NCBI RefSeq assembly: GCF_964194025.1
Contig: NC_134482.1
Span: 36,704,001-36,768,000, forward strand
Direction: 5' to 3'
Length of the DNA: 64,000 bases
Source: Convolutriloba macropyga
Lineage: Eukaryota
This document shows positions 41,330-53,700 of the stretch, in pieces. Under the pieces are notes generated by a model. The model saw only the letters and a list, made by a program, of their open reading frames with translations, was not told where the DNA came from and made no database searches. Every line of letters begins with the position of its first letter. Position 1 is the stretch's first letter. Made by a program: the position numbers and the translations under genes.

Positions 41330-44027
41330 TAACATAACCGACTAACGTCGGGCGAACTGCCCTCAAACGACCGGCGAGCGGTTGGCTTTGTCAGTATCCA
41401 GCCACAATTTAGGTGAGGCCAGTTTTATCTTGATTCGACTCTGCATCTATTAGTTTTCTAGCCTTTTTAGTAAATAAATCAAATAAAAAACTGATATTTT
41501 AGAAAACTGCAAAATATTGCAAAATTTTAAAAAAGCTTCCAGAATTCGCAGACAAAAAGGGTTCCAAACTATTTTTTTCTAGATTTATGTCAAGTAACTC
41601 ATCTGCTTGACCTGGAAAGCTCCGTCAGCCAGTTGCCAATATTGGTCGTAGAAGGACAAAAACATTTAAAAATTTTAAAAATCGAAAATTTTATCAAAAT
41701 CTTGCTGAAATTCAATATATTAAAATCTTCAAAACGAATTTCATTGTCTCAAGAACAACGGTGAACGGTTGATTTCGTCAGTAGCCAGCCACGGTTACGT
41801 GAGGCTAGCTTTAGCTTGATTCGAAATCTTCTTCAACTTAGTTTTCTAGCCTCGTTATTAAATCAAATAAAAAACTGATTTTAAAAAATTGTAAAAAATT
41901 GCAAAATTTAAAAGAAAAGCTTCCAAAATTTTGCAGTGAAAATGTTGTAAACAATTTTCTGTCTCTTCAGTTATGTCATTTTTTGACGTTTTGACATCTG
42001 CACGTTTTGAAAAGCTTCGTTGGCCATTAATGATTGTTAAACTCAAAAAAGAAGACAAAATATTCAAAAACTTTGAAAACAATCGCAAATTTTAACAATA
42101 TCGTGCCAAAATAAAAAAAAATCTTCAAAACCAATTCTTGTCCAAAGAGACTATCCAGTATCCCTATTTCAAGCTTTAAATAGTTTCACTGGCTCATAAA
42201 ATCCGTAAACTGGGAAAACATAAATTTTCCTAAATTTTGACAAAAAATAAATTGCTAGAAAATTGTTCAAGCTGGAGTCAATGAAATATTGATAATCATT
42301 CCATTAACTCTAGAAACTGTGCACCAGCCTATTATCAAACCGTTAGGAGAACTAGGACCCTGGCGCCGGAAAAATGATTGACAAATTCAAAAAGATTCAA
42401 AAAGTTAAAAAAATTGCAAATGTTTTTCTAAAATTGATGATATTAAATTCTTGAAAAACATTCAATTACATTTAAAAGTACATGCAGTAAAAATCAAACG
42501 CTCGAGTAGACTCTCTGGCAATTCAGCTCGGAGAAACCTTAAAAATGACAAGTTTTCAAAAAAACTTGTGTAAAAATTGCAGATTTTGTCAAAAAAAATT
42601 GCTATAATTCGTGATGGTAAAATATTGAAAACCCATTCAATTACCATTAGAAAACATGCAGTAACCTATTATCAAACCCTGGTGGAGGTTCGGTGACATT
42701 TGAGGTTAGAGAAACCTAAAAGTGACAAAATATTTGAAAAATTTGAAAAAAAAATTTGAAAAATTTCATCAAAAAATTGCACAAAATTTGCGATGTTAAA
42801 CTGTTGAAAACCCTTCTATTAACGCTAAAAGCTATGCAGTAACCTATTATCAACTCCTGCAGGAGGTTCGATGGCCCTTGAGGTTGGAGAACCCTAAACT
42901 GACAAAAATTTCAAAAAAAATGAAAAAAAGTTCCAAGTTTTATCAAACTTTTGCTAAAATTTGTAATATTAAAATAAAGAAAACGAATCCATGGCCAATA
43001 AAATTTTTTAAAACCCTATTATCAAACGCTATTGGAGACTTCCCGGCTCCTGAGTCTCGGAAAACTTAGGTAATGACAATAAATTTTATAAATTTGAAAA
43101 AAAAATCGAAAGTTTCATAAAAAAAAGAAAAGTTCGTGATGTTAAAACGCCGAATACCATTCTAATACCACTAGAAGCAATTTAGTAACCTATTAGCAAA
43201 ACGTTCAGGAGGTTTGCTGGCTCTTGAGACCGGAAAAACCTAAAACAGACAAAAAAAATCAAAAAACATGAAAAAATGCAGGTTTTATCAAAAAAAATTG
43301 CTTAAATTTGTCATATTAAAAAATTGAAAGCTATTACATAGCAAATAAAATTTTTTTAATAACTTATCATCAAACCCTTAAGGAAATTTTCTGCCCTTAC
43401 GTCCTGAAAGACGTGAAAAAAGAAAAATGAATAAAAAAAATTGAAAAAAATTTGCGCGTTTTGTCAAATGCTAAAATTCGTGATGTTAAAATTGTTGAAA
43501 CAATTGCACTACCATTAGAAACTATGCAGTAACCTATTATAAAACCCTAGAGGAAGTTCCTTGACACCCAGGGCTGAAAGAACTCAAAATAGACGAAAAT
43601 TTTCAAAAAGCTTTAAAAAACTTCGAAAATTAGTATAAAATTGCGTGTTTTTAGAGCGATCGGTTGCTTGTCAGTAGCCACCGGCGGGGGGGGGGGGGGG
43701 GGGGGGGGGGTGCACTGGGAGCTGAAGGGGAGGGGGGATGGGCAACAGTGGGGTGGGGGCAACAGCGGTGGTGGGGGTGGGGGCAATGGTGGGGGTGGGG
43801 GTGTCTTCAACCTCTAAGAACCGCCCTTCACACCATAAGTGTAAGTCTCCAAAACAGTTTGAGCTGAAACAGAGCTGAAAGGCTCTAAGAGCTTTAAATG
43901 CCCGCTGGGCGCTACCTGTTTATCCCGTTTTGAAGGAGGAAAAGTCAAAAGCGTCAGACGAAAAATCGGTCAAGCTGAAAATCGCATTAAAAAAAGACCG
44001 ACAGGACTAATATAATTGCTACAAACT
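41330..44027. repeat. Composite repeat element with a degenerate tandem array of about 170-180 bp, a G-tract, and a terminal segment shared with 1476-1697
   Basis: aacctattatcaaa-like anchors at about 42327, 42663, 42841, 43014, 43187, 43361 and 43531. gtcagta.ccagccac..ttgattcga is duplicated at about 41390/41777. Small hairpin ccgac-taac-gtcgg at 41338. Confidence 0.65.
43683..43802 (+). other. G-rich tract with G-quadruplex potential
   Basis: A G run of more than 20 nt followed by many G3-G6 tracts, in an AT-rich background. Confidence 0.7.
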
Positions 44028-44596
44028 CCGGTGGGGCACATCATTAAAGTCATTGAAAAGTACGTTGAATTGTTACAGAACTTTTATCGAGATTATTCTT
44101 TAAAAAAAAATTAGAAATCTCCGTTCTTTAACAATGAACCAAAAAATAAGGGGCAAATTTCAGAGTTTCTGAGAAGATTGCCCTCTAAATTAGATGACCA
44201 GATAAGATTGAATGTCTAGAAAGCATTTTCTGATGACCAAAACTTCATTTTTTGACCATCGTTGATGTCTATCGCTTCTCATAGAAAAACTGAAGCAGTC
44301 AATTAAGCTATTGAAGCAATTTTTTTTCCGAATCTACAAAAAGAAACATCGGTTTCTGTTTACTGTTATAGAATTCGTTCAAACTAAATTTGGTCACAAA
44401 TGATAGCAAGAAATTTAGGGATATTATTTTGTTTTTAATAATGAGATAAATTTAAAACTTCTAGTTTACAAGCAAGCATGACGAATCTATACTTGGTAAC
44501 TATATTCGACATCTTTACTTGTCAGCATAAATATAACTACAATATTAATGCTGAAAATCTGTCTGTTTCAATCTGTTTTTATAAGTAGATGAGAAA

Positions 44597-44773
44597 CTAC
44601 TCGATGTTGAGAACTTCGAATGCGTTTGGAGCCAGTCTTAGTTTCTGGAGAGGGTAATCGTGGAACTCGTAAGTGACTCCTCTGAATCTGGGAGTCTCTC
44701 CTCTCTCGTATCTGGAGTGATGACCACTGTAGAGCATCTTGCCATCCTCTTCACGCATTGACGTCACTTCACC
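44597..44773 (-). CDS. Tudor-TIR gene terminal exon 6 (missed by the ORF track)
   Basis: Acceptor TTTCTAG|; GEVTSMREEDGKMLYSGHHSRYERGETPRFRGVTYEFHDYPLQKLRLAPNAFEVLNIE*; aligns with the exon 3/4 repeat. Confidence 0.9.
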   Translation of the reverse strand, partial: GEVTSMREEDGKMLYSGHHSRYERGETPRFRGVTYEFHDYPLQKLRLAPNAFEVLNIE

Positions 44774-47700
44774 CTAGAAACTAACCTGAATTAGAGTATT
44801 ACAGCTTATTGGCAGCATATAAGAGCAGTTTGAAAGAAAAGATCGATTGACCTCAATATCTGTCCCAGATATTCATTTAGTGTTGTAAAATTAACACTGC
44901 TGTTGAAACGAAATAAGTTCTTTTTTTTCTGTCTTTTTTAAGGAAAATTATGTTAAATGTAGATTTTCGTAGATTCGGACGCATTTTGAAATAATTTAAT
45001 TGCGTTCCGACCAAACATATATAAGATAATCAGCGTTATAGGAAAACATTATACAGCCCAAATGGTACCCTAACCATTTTTTTATACTCAAGAAAGAGTA
45101 CAAGCTAAGAAAACTACAAAAAAGTAGAGAAAATTTGCAAATGATTCCAAAATTTGGTTCCTTCAATTCGGAATACACGCAATGATCATTAAAGGTCGTT
45201 GCCTGATTGACATTAACCGCGTCATACCGTGAAGAAATGGATCTGAAAAGGCTTTTGCTGGTGAATGCCTTGTGCGTGGAAAAAAAGCAAAAAGAAATGC
45301 TGACCTGTATTATTTAGCGAGCAATTGTTTGTTAGGTGATGATAGAAAGAATAGAGTGTTGACACTAAGCAGTACTATCAGAACTCTAAGTGTTCATTTT
45401 TCAGGCGGCTCATCGGGTTGTGACAAAAACGATAATTTAAGAAACTGGAAATTTTACATGTGTACCCCTCCAGTTTAGTGGATGCTCCCAAAGTTAAACC
45501 CTAAATGAATGTGATAGGTTACAAAATACGGGTTTGCAATGAAAAAAACATGTGTTTCATATCTGTTTAGCTAAAAAATATCCGGTTTAATAAAAGAATA
45601 GAAAAACAAACCTGGAATTTTTTCAATAAAATTTTTCATGTTTTTTTCCTGACAAAAATCTTGTGATTTTGTCTGTATGCAAAATTGGGCCAATCGCACG
45701 TGGCTACTATTCTAGGATGTGCTGAATCTTTTTTGATTAGAAAAACGATGGATGCACAAGTGACGCTGATTTTACGCCGAAATTTCATCCAGTTTGTCTT
45801 ATTTTTGATCGAAACACTTTTGATGTGTAAAAGGGAGTTTATTTCCTCATCTTCTTTTAAAAGAAGTTTGAAGAAGATGTTTTTTGAATGCTTTGCTAAA
45901 TGTTATTGAAATTTTTGGCTAGTATAAACTCTTTTTCTGTTCAATTCTTCTTCAGGAGCTCAGATAAAATATATTTGTTTGTGAAAATCATTCGTTTGCA
46001 TATCCCTTGTATGTGGTCTAACGCAAATATATTTTTTTCCTCATTGATTGACTGTTCGAAAAGACCTAATGTTGATGTCGGTCAAAAATGTTTTTTTTTA
46101 TGAATGAAGTAGAAATCTAATCAAAACTTTTTTCAGTTGAATAACATAACCATTAAACCCTGGTCGAGACTGGAATGTTATCTTGCAGTAATCTTACCAC
46201 TGACAGATAGGTCGTTGATATCTTCCGAATTTGGCAAAAAAACTATAATCTTGCAAGATTCGGCCAGAAAACGTCTTATCTGGCAAAATGTGCCAGGAGA
46301 ATGGCTATCTTGCAAGATTCAGGCAGAAAAATGTTTATCTTTCAAGATTCAGTTAAAAAAGAAAGAGTTCGTTACGTTTGAGCTGCATCTCAAATGTTTA
46401 ATAATATGTATTCTGCTTAAATTGTTCTCTCAGAAAATCATTTCCAGGTACAGTTTTCCTGTCGATCCTATAAAAGTGCACTAAAAATTTTGCAAAAGAT
46501 AAAACAGTGCTTGATAAAAATTTACTAGATATGATGGTTTACTGATTTACTTTTCAAAATTGTAGTTTTGTTTATATTTCACGTAGAGTACATGATATAC
46601 TTATTGTGCCTCAATGAAATACAAATAACACAACAAACGCAATTTCTTATTTTAGCTGTTTTTCAAATATTTTTTATTAGTTATTGCGAGAATACATTAC
46701 AAGCTCAGTTTGCGTTTTGCTTTTGCTCAGTTAACTAAAATAAAAAAGTTCCCAGAAAAGAATCAGTTTCGAAGCTATTCCCAGAAATGTTTTTATATCA
46801 TAGGAACCTTACAAAAAATTGTTATCTTTCGACAATCTGACAGAAATTAGATATCTTGTGAGACTCAGGCACAAAAACGGTTATATTGTAGTAACCTGGT
46901 AGAAAACTGGTTGACCTTGTTCTAATCTGACAAAAAATGGCTATCTTGTAAGAATCGGGAAAAAATGATTGTTTTATAGTAATCGGGCAGAAAAATGATT
47001 TTCATGCAGGAATCTGGCAGAAAAATGGTTATCTTGCAGGAAGATGCCAGACATTTTTGGCAGAAGTAAGAATCTGCCAGAATAGGATAGATTCCTACAA
47101 GATAACTATCCTTTCTCGACTAAAGAATACTTAGGAAATCTTTGTGTCAATTTTGAAACTGAATTTTTTTTTCAGTTAAGTTATGCTTTTCCCATAGCTA
47201 TTAACTATGTATACCAGTAAATGATTTTTGTTGACCCTTCTCTCAAACATAGCAAATATTTTATTTAAAAAAATGTATGCATACTTGGTAGGCAATGTAT
47301 AGTTCAGTTATGAAGAAACGCTGGCATCAAACTTAAGAAAAATCTCACACATACACATACACACACACAGAGAAATACTGGGTAGAGCCAAAACTGGCTG
47401 CTGGTGTCATCTGTAAATTAATTTGCATCCTGAGGCAAATTAAGCCTAATAAGCACTGGAATTTTAAAAAATTAAATTATGACCGACTTATCCGCATGTC
47501 TATCATTAGAAGAATCAGTTAACATTGTTTCGGATAAATTTAGAAAGTCTAATAAAATGTTTTCAAAGTTGATTTTTTAAAACAATTTAAGCCTCCAAAA
47601 ACGGTGATAACCAAGTGTCGAAGAATAAACCGAAAAAAGGTCCCCTTTTGTTAGATAACATAAGGAAAGCGCTCGCTGTTGGTTAAAAGAAAACAACTGA

Positions 47701-50700
47701 GTAAAGCAAAGATACAAAATTCAAAAAATGTATTTTTCTTTTTTGAAAATAGAACAAAATTGTCAACAGTGTGGTATGAACATCATATGTTGTAGCTACC
47801 CTGACAGACTTCTAAAACTGCCTGTTTAAATTGTTATCTGCGAAAAAATTGGTCTTTTAATAAATTTTTTAGTCTTCTTTCTGAAAAAGTCCAAAATTGA
47901 ACGTTTTTAGCGTTATGTAATGATTTTAATTTGCCTTGATGAGCTGTGATGACCTTGAGCAGTAATTTAGAGCAATATTTGGAGATTATATCAATCATTG
48001 AGGGGATTTGTTTTTTTTGGCTCACTTTCTATACTGATTTGTTTTTTTTTAATCCATGTTTAATTTTTCGACGTACTATTTTATGAGGAAAAATTTTCAA
48101 TCTACCGATAATTGGTCTTTTTCAAATCTGTAAAGAAAGTGACTAGTAATTGATTTGGCATGTGAATTGCGGGAAAGTAACAATAACGTTAATCCTCTTA
48201 CAAAAAATGAATCCAAAAAAACCTTTGAGGGCAAAAATTGTTAGCTTTCTAATTTTTTCCAAGACTAGTACGGTGAATGCCTAAATTCATTACACCAAAG
48301 AGCGTGTTTTCCAAATATTTCTCCAACGAAGCAAAATTACGAAAAAGCTGACGTCACTTGCCTCGAAGTATCGGAACCCAGAATAGTTCTCATCTGCAGA
48401 GTTCAACTTGTACTGTCCCTGAGGGAATAGAACAGTTGTCCCTACAGCTACATCCCCCTCACCCTCCTCTAGAAGTTCATCTTTAGCAGTCTCATTGTAC
48501 TTTACCACTCTGCCTGTTGTGTCTCCGTCGTCCCAGTCAACAGTAAAACACATCGTATCCTGTGCAAACATCATCATACCCGTGTCGAGGTTTTTGTGTA
48601 AATTTTTGTAAGAAATGCGATGAATGCGGTGAATTATTGTAAGAATTGCGGTGATTGCGGTGAATGCGGTGAAAACAAATATTTCATCGCATTTCACCGC
48701 ATTTCTTACGAAAATTCACCGCCAAACCTCGACCCGGGTATTTCCGTATGTGAGCCAGTTTAGTGTGATATTTTTTAAATTATTGTTTTTTTTCTGTTTG
48801 TACCCCCCAGGCCGCAGATGAAGGGGGCACAAAAAAGAAAAGAGGAGAACGTCGATGTTCATATTTTGAAATGCTTTGCATAAAAGTCTCATGCTATTTC
48901 TTACGAGGTAGGCACCAGACTTAAAATCCGATATCCTTGTTAATTTTGAGACAATATATCCATTTACGCTCAGACCCAATTATTTCAAAATCAAATCGCG
49001 CGAGATCTAACGAAAAATTTTAAAAAATGACAGGCAAATTATATGTCTCCATAATCTCTGACACGCCAAAAATTCGGCCTTATGCAATGGGATTTTGTGA
49101 GAAACAATTCCAGTTTTCTGAATTATTAGCCGACCAAGCGCTTAAACAATCATTAAGTGTTTATTGTATCTGAGAGGTATATGACTAGTTCTCATTGAAG
49201 TTTACTTAGGACAATTTATTTTCTCTAAGAATGAACTCAATTTTTCTAGAGAAACAGTTATCTGTTAAAAAAACTAATAGAAGTTAACAAAAAGAAACGA
49301 AAGTAAAGCTGATTTGCTATTTTGCTGTGATTCGAAATGTACAGTTTTCTTGGAAGGAAAACAAAAATTAACGCAGCTTAAAATAGAGAAGAAATATAGA
49401 GAGTGCATTGAAACGTTACCAGACAGGTGGGTATATGATGTGAAGGAACTGTAAGAGTTCTCCGAAGAGAAATAAAAAAATTTTTGTGACAAAAAAACAC
49501 AAAAAATTGAGTTCAGACAAGCAACCACTTGTGTATTAGGGTACAATACAGTCAGAAGGACTATTAATGTGCAAAACAGTTGTTCCTTAAATCTTTAAAA
49601 AATGTAAAAGTTCTAAGTTACTTAACAATTTTGAAAAGCTACGGTGATAAATAGCATTTTAGAGTCGAAGTACGAAATAATTCTCCTGTGCGTAAGTAAA
49701 AGATTGTCAGCAATATCTACAATAGAAGTAGTGTGGTCTTCTTCTCATCCTCGGGACTCAGACTTTAGACCAGATCACAAAAAATGAAAATTTCAATCAA
49801 TCGACTTATGGACAGACATGCTACACCAATATAGCTTCCAGGCCACTTGTAAAAAATTTAGGGTTTCACCATCCATCTAAATATGTCTTATAAGACCTGA
49901 ATATAACACTCAAACCCTGTATCGCACTTAACCTCTCATTTGTGATTCAAATATTCGGATCTATTCTGTCCCCCCCCCCCCCCAGCTTATAATTTTTTTA
50001 TGACCCCCAAGCGCATGTGCTATTTTCTTACATAGTAACCTGCTATATAACAACATTTAATTAATTTGTAACTGGGGGTCATAAAAAACACTGGGGGGGG
50101 GGGACAGAATAGATCTGCAAAAATTATCTCAGTTACTTTTTTGTCTGCCGGCGTTCATTGAGTTAAGGTCGGGACGCTGTTGACACTGATAAAATGAGGT
50201 TATGAACGATTTGTAAGTACCTTGTCATAGGCCACGATAGTTGAGAAAAAGAACTGTCCCCCCTGCCAGTGAGAAATAACATGGTCGCCAATCTTAGGAG
50301 CTCGGCTCTTCGTCTCAACCTGCTCCCGTCTCTCGAACACTTGCCCAGTAACGTTGTATCTCGAAATTCTGTTACAAATTTCTGTAATTTTACTTTGATA
50401 GTTGTATTCGTCATCTATTTCACGCATTTCAATTCGTTCGCTTCTTTCATCTTTTGCTTCGATTTGCCCCAGAACCATACCGACTTGTCGCTGCACCCAA
50501 TCCGCAGAACCCCGTTCGCCGACTATGATGGGTACCGTAGGAATCTTCATCGTTTTGACCGCGTGGTTAAACTCCATGTTACAATTCTCACTTTTACTAT
50601 ATTCCGAACTTATGAAGGTCAAAATGACTTGGGCTCCGGCTAAACCCTCAGCAATTTGTTCAAACATACTTGAATTCCGGTCACTTTGATTTGACGTTCC

Positions 50701-53700
50701 AAGCTGTTCAATGTCAAGCCATAATTTTTGACCTTGAAGTTGCCTCTCAACGTCCTTTTTGACCTTCCTCGGATCCGAATAGACACCACCCGCAACTTTA
50801 CGGATTTCATTAGCTTCGAATGAAAGGTAAGAATTCGTCCAGCAGTAACTTACAAAAACTGGGCACGGTTCCTTTTTGGGTTGTTGGGCAACGGAGTTTT
50901 GCTGATCTTCGTGAGGGCCACTTAGCGACTTTTTCATAGATCGTTCTAGCTCTTGCAGTTTTTGAGAGTACACAGTTTCATCTTTGAAATGGATGTAAAG
51001 CTCACCAGCGATTAATAACCCAATAACGGTTCTGGTCCAATCAAAACCATTCCCGACCACAATCGGAATTACAGGCACAGCTTTGGTCTTTTTAGCGAAC
51101 TGGAATTGTTGCTGACAACTTTCATCAGCGGCAAATTCGTTAGAAATAAATGCCAGAACAACTTTGCATTTTTGAATCATGATAGCGACCTCTTCTAATG
51201 ACGGGTTTCGGAACTTCAAGTTTGTTTTGATTCCCAAACTTTCCTCGACATCTGAAATAATTCGCATTGGGTTGATTTCTTTCCCTGAAGTGTTTTTGTT
51301 AGAATAGCACACGAACACGTCAAGGTCGAAGAAACGACTGGCGTTGGAACTGGTAGTTTCGGAGATGGAGCCCTCGAAGGATTCCAGAGCATTTGGCGAA
51401 ACTCGGAGACGCTCGATTGTGAGAGCTGAGAATGTCTGTTCGAATCCCCGATATGTTACCCATTTCCCGTCCTCCTCTCCAAATACGTGCTCACCATCGT
51501 AGAGGAATTTACCTATTAAAAAAATTAGAGCAGTATTTTCAGAAGCTTTTAAATCCAGATGTCACTTTAAATCCCTATTATGGTACCCATTTGCCGTCTA
51601 ACTCCCCAAATGCGTGTTCGCCAGCGGAGAGAAATTTACTTGTTTAAAGGACCAAGAGCGCCATTTTTAAAAATGTTATATGCCAGAAAAACAGAAAAAA
51701 AATAAAATACAAAATGATGCTAAAAGCTTGATTGATAAACAGGTTTTTATCTGTTTGGGACGGCTTCCCTATTTCCAAACTGAAACTGTCTTACAGAATT
51801 CGAGACGCAACCAGAAATTCTAAAAAAATATAATTTATTAGACTAAATGTGAATTTGTACGTCAGTTTCAAAAATTTGACTTAAACCAACTTGTTCTTTG
51901 AAAATCAGCTTTCCGTGTTTTCTGTTTAAAAACTTATTGTCTTGGATCAAATTTTAGATAAATTTTCTTCGCTCTCATACAGCTACTAACTACCATTTAG
52001 GTAACTAGGTAACAGCTGGCAATTGTTCAGGTAAAAAGTAGCGACATTGAAACTGCCCCCCCCCCCCCACCCCGTGCAGAGATCTTGAACAATAATAGCC
52101 GGTCTAAAACGGGAACTAGTGCCCCGATCGGGCAAATTAAAAGGTTTCATTTGGTGCTCATTTCTTTTTTGTATAACGCATTATTTCGATCATCCGGCCA
52201 GATTCAAAACAGCCACTGTAACTAATCAATTAAGCGATATTGTTATAACAATCTAATTATCAACACCTCTACAACAAATAGCAGTAATTCGTAAGAATAC
52301 AACAACACATAAATCGAACTAATTCGACGATGACTGGCATCTTATACCGCTTTTGTACGCTATCGATTTCTTTAAAAACCCACACAAAATAATTTGCAAA
52401 ATTTTTGCAAGTTACCGAGCTTCTCAATCACTGAAAAAAACGCAGGTAACTCAAATATTCTAAGTTGAGAGTTGAAAGGCGTTTCCTAAATTGCTCTAGA
52501 AAATTAAATTTACAGAAGGCAGCGGCTGTCAACATCTCGCTCTCGCGTTAGATCAAAATAATTGCAGCAACGGTTAGCAACGATTACAAGTGCCTTTTCC
52601 TCTGTCTACAGCAATAGCATTTTCGGCCCTAAGATTGAATAACAACCTTATCATAGTAATAATTTTCTGCGACGAACTCATTGTTAAGCCACTTTCAATC
52701 CCAGCAAAGAATTTGCTTTTGCGCACAAAGAACCAACCGTCATTGTGGCACAGAGCCTTTTTAATTTCAATTATACCAGTTCCATCATTACGCCCTTAGT
52801 AAAATTTAGTCAAGATGGTCGACAAATGGATAATGAAACTTTAATTTCCGGACCAATTAAGCGTTTTGGGGTCTTTCTGGTGCCTGGAATTGATCGCATG
52901 GGTCCAGTAACTCATTCATGTAATCCAGTAGTTCATTATTGGCATCAAGACTGTGGTTGTGAACAAAAAGGGGGCGGACAGCTACTGGGTCTCAAATTGT
53001 CAAATTTTTGCACAGGCTTTTCGCACAAAACTTTATATTTATATTGGCTTGCCAGGGGAACCGGAAAACTATGGGAAAGCTATGCAGCAACGAAGATTCC
53101 TCGGTGCTGGCTATCTCTTCATTCTCAAAAACCTTTTTATCTCAGATTCTAGCCCACATGCCCTTCTTTCTCTTCTCCAGTTACAATTACTTTTAATTTA
53201 CTAACCCTTCGATAGTTATGCTCACTTTGACTTGTTAGTTATTCACAACTGATTCTAACGCAATTTAATTAAATATGGTGATCTCTAACCATGGTTCTAC
53301 TAAGTTGACCGCTAGTTGTGTTTGTTCATTAACAATCTATATTGACCCATTCTGGTTAGTTCAATTTTACAGTACAGAATGACCGTTCTTCTGTAATTGC
53401 GAATCCCACCTTTTATTTGGTAGTACAAGACATAACAAATGCTAAAACACTCATTTTTGTTTCACATAGTGATATGACAACAGAAAATTAGTTTTCCAAA
53501 AAAAAAATAAAAAAAAAAGAAACAGTCCCAGGTTGAGGTCCCAGACAGAAGCAAGTATGTCCAGACCAAGATGAACGCACGACGGGGACGCGTGCGTTCA
53601 AAATTACATAGTCTGGAAACATCAAAAAACGCACGAAAGTCTGAACATGAACGCACGAAAGTCTGTCGAACGCACGAAAGTCTGGACATGAACGCACGAA

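Noticed and set aside
43613-43867. Poly-Pro (formin-like) and poly-Gly ORFs
   Set aside because: By-product of the G-tract within a repeat; no splice or domain support
48562-48697. N-terminal part of ORF 48290..48697 (MKCDEIFVFTAFTAITA...)
   Set aside because: It reads through the MITE; the real exon starts at the acceptor at 48559
50200-51318. Stand-alone bacterial-type TIR (Thoeris-like) gene or contamination
   Set aside because: The ORF is an internal exon with canonical splice sites, in frame with five other exons; there is no operon context
52590-53204. Cluster of plus-strand ORFs in intron 3
   Set aside because: No coherent product. FCDELIVKPLS..PSLWHRA faintly resembles a LINE pre-RT segment, but it is too weak to call.
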